The notes under the pieces are model-generated. The model saw only the letters and a program-made list of their open reading frames with translations, had not been told where the DNA came from and did no database searches. The translations under genes were made by a program, and so were the position numbers. 64,000 bases of DNA. It comes from Limnochordia bacterium. Its GTDB lineage: Bacteria; Bacillota; Limnochordia; DTU080. The DNA is taken from contig JBMNJG010000013.1 in NCBI GenBank assembly GCA_050951545.1, positions 43,396-107,395 of the forward strand, in the 5' to 3' direction. This document shows, piece after piece, positions 18,895 through 28,698 of the stretch. Each line of letters begins with the position of its first letter. Position 1 is the stretch's first letter.

Positions 18895-20775
18895 ATGATG
18901 AGTCTGGCCGCCGTAGACTTCACGCGGGTGAGGCTGCAAGATCGGTTTTGGGCACCACGCCTAGAGACAAACCGCAAGGTAACGCTGCCAATCCAGTACA
19001 AGCACCTTCGGAAGACGGGACGCATCGATGGAATTGACCCTGACCATAAACCAGGCGATCGCACAGCCCATCACATCTTCTGGGACTCCGATGTGGCCAA
19101 GTGGATGGAGACTGCCGCATACAGCCTGGCCACCCACCCTGATCCCGAGCTCGAGGCCCAACTCGACGAAGTGATTGCCAAGTTCGCCAAGCTCCAGACG
19201 TCCGAGGGATATATCAACAGCTGGTTTACCGCTGTTGAGCCAGAAAAGCGCTGGACTAATCTGCGCGATTGGCATGAGCTGTATTGCGCTGGGCACCTCA
19301 TGGAAGCCGCTGTAGCGCACTTCCGTGCCACAGGCAAGCGCGGCTTTCTAGACATGATGTGCCGTTACGCCGACTGCATCGACAGCGTCTTCGGCACCGA
19401 GGAGGGGAAACTGCGCGGCTACCCCGGCCATGAGGAGATAGAGCTGGCACTAGTAAAGCTCTATGACGTTACGGGCGAAAGCCGCTATCTTGAGCTGGCT
19501 AAGTACTTCGTGGACCAACGTGGCCAGCAACCCCACTACTACGACGAAGAGGCCAGAAAGCGCGGCGATGACCCATCAAAGTGGACTACCGAGCGCTATC
19601 GGTATAACCAGTCGCACCTGCCAGTGCGGGAGCAGTCTGAGGTTGCTGGTCATGCCGTAAGGGCTATGTATTTGTACTGCGGCATGGCTGATGTGGCCAG
19701 AGAAACGGCTGATCAGAGTCTGGTTACGGCCTGCAACACGCTCTGGGACGATGTCTGCCTTAAGCATCTTTACATCACTGGAGGAATCGGCCAGTCCAAC
19801 CGCAATGAGGGTTTCACATTCCATTACGACCTGCCTGAGGAGACCGCCTACTGTGAGACCTGCGCGGCGATCGGGTTGGTATTCTGGAACCACCGGCTAT
19901 TGCAGTTGCATGGGGAAGCTCGCTTTGCCGACTGCATGGAGCGTGGCCTATACAATGGTACCATCAGCGGCTGGTCGCTTTCGGGAGATCGCTTCCTCTA
20001 CGTCAACCCACTGGCGAGCACGGGGAATCACCATCGACAAGAGTGGTTTGGCTGTGCTTGCTGCCCTGGCAACATCTCGCGTATGTTGGCCAGCGTAGGG
20101 CAGTTCGTGTACTCAGAGAGGGACGACTCTGCCTGGGTGCACTTGTACGCTGAGGGTGAAGGACGGCTCCAGGTGGGAGGTAGACAGGTTACCATTACGC
20201 AACAGACAGATTACCCCTGGGACGGCACTGTGAAACTCGAACTAGGTCTTGCTGGGCCTCTATCCTTTACTCTAGCTATGCGCATACCAGGCTGGTGTCG
20301 CGAGGTCACCATCATGCTCAACGGCAACCCCGTGGATATCACCTTCATAGTGGAGAAAGGGTACGCCAAGCTGACCCGGGAGTGGCGCGATGGCGACACG
20401 ATTGAGCTATGCATGGCTATGCCCGTAGAGCGCGTAAGAGCAAATCCTGCTGTGCGCCAGGCAAACGGCAAGGTGGCACTGCAACGTGGTCCGGTGGTCT
20501 ATTGCCTGGAGGAAGTAGACAATCCAGTCGCCCCGCTGAATCGTATTGCGCTACCTAGGGATTCCGTGTTGGAAGCTCGCTACGATGCGGATCTCCTCGG
20601 CGGGGTCATCGTGATCACGGGCGAAGCTGAGGCGATCAAGGCCGATAGTTCTCAGACTTGGCTCTACGGCACGGACGTTCCACAGACCGAGAGCGTGCAG
20701 ATTAGGGCGGTTCCGTACGCCGTATGGGATAACCGGGAGCCGGGGCAGATGCTTGTATGGCTGCGCGAGGCCTGA
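18895..20775 (+). CDS. Glycoside hydrolase family 127 (beta-L-arabinofuranosidase, HypBA1-like)
   Basis: FWDSDVAKW, HELYCAGH, GHEEIELAL, GHAVRAMY, NEGF, YCETCA, CACCP. Start set after a GGAGGG RBS. Confidence 0.92.
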   Translation: MMSLAAVDFTRVRLQDRFWAPRLETNRKVTLPIQYKHLRKTGRIDGIDPDHKPGDRTAHHIFWDSDVAKWMETAAYSLATHPDPELEAQLDEVIAKFAKLQTSEGYINSWFTAVEPEKRWTNLRDWHELYCAGHLMEAAVAHFRATGKRGFLDMMCRYADCIDSVFGTEEGKLRGYPGHEEIELALVKLYDVTGESRYLELAKYFVDQRGQQPHYYDEEARKRGDDPSKWTTERYRYNQSHLPVREQSEVAGHAVRAMYLYCGMADVARETADQSLVTACNTLWDDVCLKHLYITGGIGQSNRNEGFTFHYDLPEETAYCETCAAIGLVFWNHRLLQLHGEARFADCMERGLYNGTISGWSLSGDRFLYVNPLASTGNHHRQEWFGCACCPGNISRMLASVGQFVYSERDDSAWVHLYAEGEGRLQVGGRQVTITQQTDYPWDGTVKLELGLAGPLSFTLAMRIPGWCREVTIMLNGNPVDITFIVEKGYAKLTREWRDGDTIELCMAMPVERVRANPAVRQANGKVALQRGPVVYCLEEVDNPVAPLNRIALPRDSVLEARYDADLLGGVIVITGEAEAIKADSSQTWLYGTDVPQTESVQIRAVPYAVWDNREPGQMLVWLREA

Positions 20776-20892
20776 ACGCCTCCGGCTGGCCATGTTAGCG
20801 GGCACCACAGGGAGGTGGTCGACGGCTGGGAGACAGGGATGGGTTGGGGAATACGGTTCTGAGCCTAAGCGAATGAAGACAGGAGGTCTAAC

Positions 20893-22155
20893 ATGTCGAG
20901 AAAGGCTTGGACAACGCTTCTCGCGGTTGTAGCATTTACGGCTCTAGTTCTGGTGGTAGCTCAGGCAAGTGCCAAGACAAAGCTGGTTATGCTCCACTGG
21001 GAAGGCCCGGATACGCCCCTGCAGCAGGGCGTGGAGTTGTTCCAGCAGCTGAACCCCGATATCGAAGTAGAGCTGATGTCTGCCAGCGCCTACACAGACA
21101 AGATCTTCACGATGCACGCCGGTGGCGTTGATTTCGACCTGCTGTATGTGTCTGCTGACGTATACGTTGACTGGGTAAACAAGGGCCTTCTGAAGGATAT
21201 CACTGCTTTCCTTGAGAAAGATCCACAGCTCGGGAAGAAAGACTTCTTCCTGCCCATCGAGACTGACCGCTGTGCTGTCAACGGCAGGTGGTATGGTATC
21301 GGCTCTAGCTGGTCCCTGTTCCAGGTCTACTACAACAGAGATGCGTTCGACGCATCAGGTCTCGAGCCTATGCCCAGAACAGCAGAAAAGGCCTGGAGTT
21401 GGGATCAGTACATCAAGACAGCCCAGAAACTCACCCGAATCAGCGGGCAGACCGTGGAGAGATATGGTGCAGGTAGACCCACCTGGTGGCTGGTGGTGCA
21501 GTCCTTCCTTCTCTCCAATGGAGGCAACATCCTCAACCCCGAAGGCACGCAGTTCCTACTCGACCAGCCAGTTTCGATAGCCGTTCACGAGGCCATCAAC
21601 GTTGGGATCAATGAAATGGGCGTCTTTGGGGGTAGCTTCTCAAAGGGTGAGAACGTAATGCATATCGCTGGCTCTTGGTCCACCGGACTAGGGTATGGTG
21701 TTAGCCAGCTCAACTTCTCCGTGGACGAAGGCGTGCTGCCCAAGTTCATCACACCAGCCACTTACGCTCAAGGGCATATCCACTCCATGCACTCGAATAC
21801 CAAGCACCCGGAAGAGGCTTGGCGACTCCTTCGGTTCTTCTCTAGTAACGACTACTTGGGCATGTGGGTGAAAAACGGTGTGTGGCTGCCCACCACGAGG
21901 GAGATGATGCGTCCGGATGCTTTTGTGAAGTATCATAACCCCAGCTTCATGCCCGAAGGCTACCTAGAGTACGTGATGACATATCTCTATGAGGTTGGCC
22001 GGGCTCGCAAGATGCCAGTAGGTTGGGGTGACGCCCTCAAGGTGTATGAGCAAGGCATTGCTCAGGTATGGAGCGGCGAGAGACCAGTGCGTACCGTCTT
22101 ATCAGAGGTCACGCCGCAGATGAACGCCATTCTCAAGGAGCAGCAGGCCAGATAG
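20893..22155 (+). CDS. ABC transporter sugar-binding protein
   Basis: AGGAGG RBS; signal peptide; NPDIEVE, YYNRDAFDASG, WSWD, TKHPEEAWRLLRF. Confidence 0.9.
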   Translation: MSRKAWTTLLAVVAFTALVLVVAQASAKTKLVMLHWEGPDTPLQQGVELFQQLNPDIEVELMSASAYTDKIFTMHAGGVDFDLLYVSADVYVDWVNKGLLKDITAFLEKDPQLGKKDFFLPIETDRCAVNGRWYGIGSSWSLFQVYYNRDAFDASGLEPMPRTAEKAWSWDQYIKTAQKLTRISGQTVERYGAGRPTWWLVVQSFLLSNGGNILNPEGTQFLLDQPVSIAVHEAINVGINEMGVFGGSFSKGENVMHIAGSWSTGLGYGVSQLNFSVDEGVLPKFITPATYAQGHIHSMHSNTKHPEEAWRLLRFFSSNDYLGMWVKNGVWLPTTREMMRPDAFVKYHNPSFMPEGYLEYVMTYLYEVGRARKMPVGWGDALKVYEQGIAQVWSGERPVRTVLSEVTPQMNAILKEQQAR

Positions 22156-22587
22156 TGAAGTGATCGAAACACCCATTACTGGTGGGTGGGGGTGCTGCGC
22201 TGCACACTATGGGCGCAGTGCCCTGTTTTGTGTCTTGAGGTAACGAGGTGAAGGTGTTCTGGGCGTTGTCGATGGTTACGGTACCCGAGCCATCGCCTAC
22301 AATGCACAATACCGCTTGAACCTAGAATACCGCCGTATGATGGCGACATGGCACGTGAGCTTCTTGGCTTTGACCGGATTGCGGAGGCGAAAACGAATCG
22401 GGGCATGCTTGTTCGCTTGTCAAATAAGGGTTTCTTAGCTGGTCCCAGACGATGTCGATCTCTGTGCAATAGGGGGTGTCAGCGTGGATGTGCGAGGTAA
22501 CCCATAACCCAGTCTTCCCCGCGACGGCCGAAACCTTCAAGGGAAAACGGTCTATTGACAGAAGAAAGCTTCAGGGAGGCGGGCGTC

Positions 22588-25500
22588 ATGGGTGATGCGG
22601 GTCAGGGGAGCATTATCGTTGAGGCTAAAGTCGATCCGGCCGTGAACTATGCCGTTCAGCAAAATGCGGTGGCTGTGATCAAGGGTTTGCGTATCACGAA
22701 TACAGGTGTAGACGCTTTGGCCTCATTGCGTGTGGTGATTACGGCGGAGCCCGCCTTTGCCGATTCCTGGGAACAGGCCTTAGAATCCATCGCCGCGGGG
22801 GAGACCGTGGATCTGGGTGCCATCGATCTTGTACTTTCCCACGATTTTCTATCCCAGCATACAGAAGCTGTGCGGGGGAGTTTTTGCATTCAGGTCATTC
22901 ATGATGGGCAGCAGCTTGGGTGCCAACGGGTGCCCATTGACGTATTGGCCTATGACCAGTGGGGCGGCATGCGGGTGATGCCCGAGCTGTTGGCGGCCTT
23001 TGTTATGCCCAATCATCCGGCGGTGGAGCAGCTCATTAGACAGGCTAGCGGTATCTTAAAAAGCTGGACTGGAAGCCCGTCTTTTGATGCTTACCAAAGT
23101 AAGGATCCCGGGCGCGCCCGTATGCAGATGGCGGCTCTGTTCGCCGCGATCAAAAAGCAAGCCATAAGTTATTGTGGTGTCCCAGCTAGTTTTGAAGTGG
23201 AAGGGCAAAAGATCCGCACTCCCGATCGCATTCTGACCACCCGCCTGGGTAACTGCTTGGACCTTTCCACCCTTTTTGCGGCCTGTTTGGAGCAAGTGAA
23301 TCTGCATCCCTTGATCATATTTACGCAAGGGCATGCCTTTGTGGGCGCTTGGCTGATGGATGAATCGTTTGCCGACAGCGCCGTGGATGATCCCCTTGCT
23401 GTGCGCAAGCGAGTGCAGCTGGGAGAGATCTGTCTGGTGGAAAGCACTTTAGCGGTCGACGGCAGCCAGGCTAGCTTTGAAGAAGCCGAGAAAACGGCCA
23501 TCAGCCATCTCGATGATCCCAATCAGTTTCTATTCACTTTAGACGTGTTTCGGGCCCGCATCGGCCGCGTGCGGCCCCTACCTTTGCGCCGCCCGACGAC
23601 TGACGGAGTTGAAGTGGTCGCTGACCCGCAGGTCGAAGAGCCGGGCAAACCTGAAGAACCTCCTACCGTCGTCGTCAGTCCCCAGCCCGGGATAGAGTCT
23701 GGGGGTGGAGCCACGGCGGCGACTCGCTTAGACAGATGGAAGCGCAAGCTGTTAGATCTGAGCCTGAGAAATCCGCTGATCAATTTCCGCCTAACGCGCA
23801 GCATCGTGCTGGCCCTAGTCACCGATTTGGCTCTGTTGGAGGATCTTTTAGCCGAAGGTCCAGGCCTCACCTTGCATCCTCGCCCCACGGACTGGACCGC
23901 TTCCGAACGCGACCCAGTCACGCATCGCCAACGCACGGGCGAAGATGCCGAACGGGCTCTACTTGACGAGGAGCTACGGCAACGTCGCCTTCACTGTGAC
24001 CTCGACGAAAACGAGATGCCCCGACGACTCGTGGGGCTTTACCGGGCGGCGCGCACGGCTTTGCAGGAGAATGGTGCCAACACGCTCTTTTTGGCCCTGG
24101 GGATGCTGACTTGGTACGAATCTCCAGTTAGCGAGCCGCCGCGCCGGGCGCCCATTTTGTTGCTGCCCGTCGAGTTGCAGCGTCGTTCGGCGCAATCTAG
24201 GTTTTCATTGCGTCGTATCGACGACGAGCCTGTGATCAACGTGACACTGCTGGAGCTCTTGCGCCATGACTTCGGTCTTGACCTTCGAGGGCTTGAGCAA
24301 CTGCCCATGGATGACAGCGGCGTGGATGTAGAGGCCGTCTTGAATACTTTTCGTCACGCGGTCAAAGAGATTCCGCGCTGGGAAGTCACCGATAATGTAC
24401 ATCTGGGCTTGTTTTCGTTCTCCAAGTTTTTGATGTGGCGGGATCTGCAGGAGCGTACTGAAGAGATTCAGCGCAATCGGTTAGTCTCTAGCCTGATCAA
24501 TTTCCCAGAAAGCGAGTTTCAACCCGAAGGCAGCTTCCCGCTAGAAGAGCAACTCGACACTCAGTATCCTCCCAATGCGGTCTTAAGCCCTCTAAGTGCC
24601 GATAGTTCGCAACTGGCGGCGGTGATCGCCGCAGGGGAGAATAAGAGTTTTGTGCTGCACGGGCCGCCCGGCACGGGCAAATCGCAGACGATTACGAACA
24701 TTATCGCTCATGCCATAGCCCTGGGTAAAACCGTGTTGTTTGTGTCAGAGAAAATGGCCGCCCTCAATGTGGTGCAGCGCCGATTGGAGCAGATTGGGCT
24801 GGGACCTTTTTGCCTGGAGTTGCACTCCAACAAAAGCCAAAAAAGCGAGGTCATTCGCCAGCTCGGTGAGGCGCTAGCGGCCGAGGGGGAGAGCGTGCAC
24901 GACACCTGGGAGGCAGAGGCGACCAGGCTCTCTCAGGCCCGCCAGGAATTGAACAATTACGTACAGGCTTTACACAAGTCGCGTAACACAGGAGAATCGT
25001 TTTTTACAGGGTTGAGCAAGCTCATGGCTTTGCGTGATGCCGAGCGCGTGCGGTTAGATCCGCAGATGCTGATGCGTGTCACAGGCGACGATCTCAACCG
25101 CATGCGTGACAGGGTGAAAGATCTTGTGGCCCGGGGGCGAGCCTGCGGGCATCCCCACGCCCATGTCTGGGAAGCCGTAAGGCTTAACACGTGGACACCG
25201 CAATTGCGAGATGACGCCGCGGAGGGCATAGCTCGCCTACAGAAGGCCACGCACGATCTGGAAGCCTGCGCACGTCAGGTTGCCGCGTTTGCTGCTCCAA
25301 AGACGCGCGAGTGGTCGGGGCGGCAGTTAGAAGCGCTGAAAAAACTGGCCCAGCTCTTTCTTTCCAAATCAACTCAAGCCCCTAGCCTGATCGCCACCAT
25401 CGATTGGGAGGATACACGCCAGGCTCTTATGCGCTGGATCGCTCACGGTAAAGAGCGTGATGCGCTGCGCACGAAACTGTACGAGCGTTATACGGAGCGT

Positions 25501-28491
25501 CTGCTTCAGCTCGATTTGCAGCAACTAGAGATGGATTTTGCCGCCGCCACGGTGCAGTGGTTCGTGCCCCGTTGGCTAGGGCATAGGCGGGTCACGGGTA
25601 CTTTGCGCCAGGTGCTCAAGCCAGGACAACGGCTAGCTATCACGGAAGTGGTGGGCGACCTCGCGGTTGCTCAGGAGCTTTCGCAAAAAGAACAATTGCT
25701 AGGGGCCGCCGGAGAACAGGCCCGCGCCCTCTTGGGTCGGCTATGGCGTGACGGCGAGGCCGACTGGGGCGAGCTACAGGCTGCTGCTGACTGGGCCGGG
25801 GCGCTGCGTCCTTTGGCTCAAGCTATTGCGGGTGGCGATGCCCGCGGCATTCAAGATTTACGCCATACTTGGGCCGCTATCTTGGCCGAACAGGCCGAGC
25901 TCTTAGAAGATGAAGGGCTTTACGCAGGGCAGCTGCGTAGCTACCAGGTCGCCTATGCGGCATGGGAAGAGAGCAAAAAGGCATTGACAGAGCTGCTATC
26001 GCTTGATGAGGAATTGTGCTGCGGCCTCCCCACGGAGCCCGACCTTTTGGGGCGTTGGGGTGCATTGCTCGCCAAATGGGAGAGCCATGACGGGCAGTTG
26101 CGGTTTTGGTGTGCCTGGTTGACCGAGCGGCAGGCTGCCATGGAGCATGATCTAGCCCCTTTGGTGCAGGCATATGAGCAGGGACAGCTGGCACATGACC
26201 AGGTGGAGCGAGCCTTTGAACGCTCGTTTTACGAAGGATGGACAGATGAAATAGTCGGGAAAGAGGCTGCCTTGCGGCTCTTCTCGCGACAAAGCGTCGA
26301 AGAGCGAGTGCACCGCTTTCGCCTCTTAGATGAGCGTTTCGCTACGTTGACGAAGCAGGAGATTCGCGCTCGGGTGTTGTCTGGGGTGCCGCGCGCCAGC
26401 GGTAGCGCCAACCAAAACTCGGAGATGGGGATACTGCGTCACGAGCTACAGAAGCGAACTCGTCATATGGCGCTGCGGGCCTTGTTCCAGAAGATACCCA
26501 ACCTCTTGCCGCGACTCAAACCCTGTCTGCTCATGAGCCCTATTTCTGTGGCCCAGTATCTTGACCCAGCTCACCCCGCCTTTGATCTGGTGGTTTTTGA
26601 CGAAGCCTCTCAGGTACCGACATGGGATGCGGTGGGGGCCATTGCCCGCGGCTCGCAGTGCATTGTGGTCGGCGACCCCAAACAGTTGCCCCCCACATCG
26701 ACGTCGTTTTTTGCCCGTCAAGACGACGATAGCGAAGACGATAGCGTGGCCACGGAGGATCTGGAGAGCATTTTGGATGATTGCCTCGCCCTGCGTATGC
26801 CTGAAATGACGCTGCGCTGGCACTACCGAAGCCGCCACGAAAGCCTTATCACTTTTAGCAACTACTCTTACTACAAACAGGAGCTGCTGACCTTTCCTTC
26901 GCCGCAAGAGCGATCAGCTGTCCATCTTCAGCGCGTGGATGGAGTCTATGACCGCAGTAGAACGCGTACCAATCGCGTCGAAGCCGAAGCAGTGGTGGCA
27001 GAAGTAGTCAGAAGGCTGCGTGACTCCGCCGACTGTGAACAAAGTATCGGTGTGGTCACTTTTAGCGTGGCCCAGCAAGGATTGGTGGAGGACTTGTTGG
27101 ATGAAGCGCGGGTGCGTTACCCGGAGATCGAGCCTTATTTTAACGGCGGCCTGGAGCCCGTCTTTGTAAAAAACTTGGAAAACGTGCAAGGCGATGAACG
27201 GGACGTGATTTTGTTTTCCATCTGTTACGGACCGGATTCGCAAGGGCGGGTAAGTCTCAACTTTGGCCCCCTCAATAGAAATGGCGGTGAGCGGCGGCTC
27301 AATGTGGCGATCACTAGGGCGCGGCAGGAAGTGATCGTCTTTGCTTCTTTGGATCCCGAACAGATTGATTTATCCCGCAGCAATGCTACCGGCGTGCATC
27401 ACTTGCGCAGCTTTTTGGAGTATGCCAAAAGAGGCGTGGGGGCCCTGCAAGAGAAGACGGGTTACTCGCTGGCGACGGCGGAATCCCCCTTTGAGCAGGA
27501 TGTGGGCGCACAACTCGCCGCTCGGGGCTACCAGGTCGTGTCCCAGGTGGGGTACTCGGGGTATCGGATAGATCTGGCTGTGGTGCATCCGCAGCATGCG
27601 GATCGTTTCTTGTTGGGTATTGAGTGTGACGGGGCCAATTATCATCAAGCTAAGACGGCTCGTGACCGTGACAGCTTGCGGCAGCAAGTGCTGCAAGGGC
27701 TCGGATGGCGGTTACACCGCATCTGGTCGTCGGACTGGTGGCATGACCGGGATGGTGAACTAGCAAGAGTCGAAGCGGCTATCGCCGCAGCTTTGGAAGC
27801 GCCGGTTACCGAGGTGATGATGCGCCCTCCAACACCGCCGGCAATAGAGGACAAGATCGCGGAGTTGGTCGCGAGCCCACCACTGCAAGCCGGGGCACCC
27901 CTGACCCTGCCTGGTTTTGACTTGTCTGGGTACCAGGCGAGCCAGGCGTCGTGCGAGGAAGCCGGACGCATTGACCTTTACTCGACGGCCGCGGCGCGCC
28001 CGGCCCGACGCCTTATCTCCAAAGTCATCGACGATGAAGCCCCCATGAGCTTAGCTCTACTGTGTCAAAGAGTGGCTTCGCAGTGGGGAATAGCGCGGAT
28101 TACGCCGCGTCTACAGACGCGGGTCAGCCGTCTGATCGGTAAGAGAGCTAAGCGTGTAACCCATGGGGAAGATATATTCCTGTGGGGTCTCGACCAAGAT
28201 CCCAAGATATACGATCAGTTTCGGGAGCACGGAGCGGGGGACGCGCATCGGCGCAAACCGGAGGATCTGCCGCCCGAGGAGGTAGCTAATGCCGCTTATC
28301 ACGTATTACAGGCCCAAGTGAGCTTGCCCCCGAGCGATCTGGTGCGGGAAGTGGGGCGGCTGTTTGGGTACCAGCGGGCGGGGCAAAATGTAGAACGTTA
28401 TGTGCGAAGGGGCATCGACCTGCTCATAGAAAAGGAGTGGGCCGAAATGCAGGACGACATGGTAGTGGTTGTTATGCGCGAGGGTGGGTAA
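22588..28491 (+). CDS. DUF4011 - SF1 (Upf1-like) helicase - Vsr-like nuclease - DUF3320 protein (Hhe-like anti-phage protein)
   Basis: RWKRKLLDLSLRNPL (DUF4011); HGPPGTGKSQT; FDEASQ; VGDPKQLPP; HYRSRHESL; VQGDERD; RLNVAITRAR; ESPFE...RIDLAV...LGIECDG..YH...RDRD. ATG 22588 follows GGGAGG. Confidence 0.88.
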   Translation: MGDAGQGSIIVEAKVDPAVNYAVQQNAVAVIKGLRITNTGVDALASLRVVITAEPAFADSWEQALESIAAGETVDLGAIDLVLSHDFLSQHTEAVRGSFCIQVIHDGQQLGCQRVPIDVLAYDQWGGMRVMPELLAAFVMPNHPAVEQLIRQASGILKSWTGSPSFDAYQSKDPGRARMQMAALFAAIKKQAISYCGVPASFEVEGQKIRTPDRILTTRLGNCLDLSTLFAACLEQVNLHPLIIFTQGHAFVGAWLMDESFADSAVDDPLAVRKRVQLGEICLVESTLAVDGSQASFEEAEKTAISHLDDPNQFLFTLDVFRARIGRVRPLPLRRPTTDGVEVVADPQVEEPGKPEEPPTVVVSPQPGIESGGGATAATRLDRWKRKLLDLSLRNPLINFRLTRSIVLALVTDLALLEDLLAEGPGLTLHPRPTDWTASERDPVTHRQRTGEDAERALLDEELRQRRLHCDLDENEMPRRLVGLYRAARTALQENGANTLFLALGMLTWYESPVSEPPRRAPILLLPVELQRRSAQSRFSLRRIDDEPVINVTLLELLRHDFGLDLRGLEQLPMDDSGVDVEAVLNTFRHAVKEIPRWEVTDNVHLGLFSFSKFLMWRDLQERTEEIQRNRLVSSLINFPESEFQPEGSFPLEEQLDTQYPPNAVLSPLSADSSQLAAVIAAGENKSFVLHGPPGTGKSQTITNIIAHAIALGKTVLFVSEKMAALNVVQRRLEQIGLGPFCLELHSNKSQKSEVIRQLGEALAAEGESVHDTWEAEATRLSQARQELNNYVQALHKSRNTGESFFTGLSKLMALRDAERVRLDPQMLMRVTGDDLNRMRDRVKDLVARGRACGHPHAHVWEAVRLNTWTPQLRDDAAEGIARLQKATHDLEACARQVAAFAAPKTREWSGRQLEALKKLAQLFLSKSTQAPSLIATIDWEDTRQALMRWIAHGKERDALRTKLYERYTERLLQLDLQQLEMDFAAATVQWFVPRWLGHRRVTGTLRQVLKPGQRLAITEVVGDLAVAQELSQKEQLLGAAGEQARALLGRLWRDGEADWGELQAAADWAGALRPLAQAIAGGDARGIQDLRHTWAAILAEQAELLEDEGLYAGQLRSYQVAYAAWEESKKALTELLSLDEELCCGLPTEPDLLGRWGALLAKWESHDGQLRFWCAWLTERQAAMEHDLAPLVQAYEQGQLAHDQVERAFERSFYEGWTDEIVGKEAALRLFSRQSVEERVHRFRLLDERFATLTKQEIRARVLSGVPRASGSANQNSEMGILRHELQKRTRHMALRALFQKIPNLLPRLKPCLLMSPISVAQYLDPAHPAFDLVVFDEASQVPTWDAVGAIARGSQCIVVGDPKQLPPTSTSFFARQDDDSEDDSVATEDLESILDDCLALRMPEMTLRWHYRSRHESLITFSNYSYYKQELLTFPSPQERSAVHLQRVDGVYDRSRTRTNRVEAEAVVAEVVRRLRDSADCEQSIGVVTFSVAQQGLVEDLLDEARVRYPEIEPYFNGGLEPVFVKNLENVQGDERDVILFSICYGPDSQGRVSLNFGPLNRNGGERRLNVAITRARQEVIVFASLDPEQIDLSRSNATGVHHLRSFLEYAKRGVGALQEKTGYSLATAESPFEQDVGAQLAARGYQVVSQVGYSGYRIDLAVVHPQHADRFLLGIECDGANYHQAKTARDRDSLRQQVLQGLGWRLHRIWSSDWWHDRDGELARVEAAIAAALEAPVTEVMMRPPTPPAIEDKIAELVASPPLQAGAPLTLPGFDLSGYQASQASCEEAGRIDLYSTAAARPARRLISKVIDDEAPMSLALLCQRVASQWGIARITPRLQTRVSRLIGKRAKRVTHGEDIFLWGLDQDPKIYDQFREHGAGDAHRRKPEDLPPEEVANAAYHVLQAQVSLPPSDLVREVGRLFGYQRAGQNVERYVRRGIDLLIEKEWAEMQDDMVVVVMREGG

Positions 28492-28698
28492 TACCGCTTG
28501 TCAAGCGCTACAGGCTCGGTTGAGCTTGTCTTGGAGCGATCCGGTGAGGGCCGTCAGCAAGAACCGTTGAGACAGGCCGGACCCTTATGTGGGGCCTCAA
28601 GGTAAGCGTTCCGCGTTTCGAAACGGACTAGCATACAGAGAAAAGGAGCCGCCTCCTGATGTGCGGGAGCAGCTCCTTTGTTTGCCGCGAGTTCGTTG

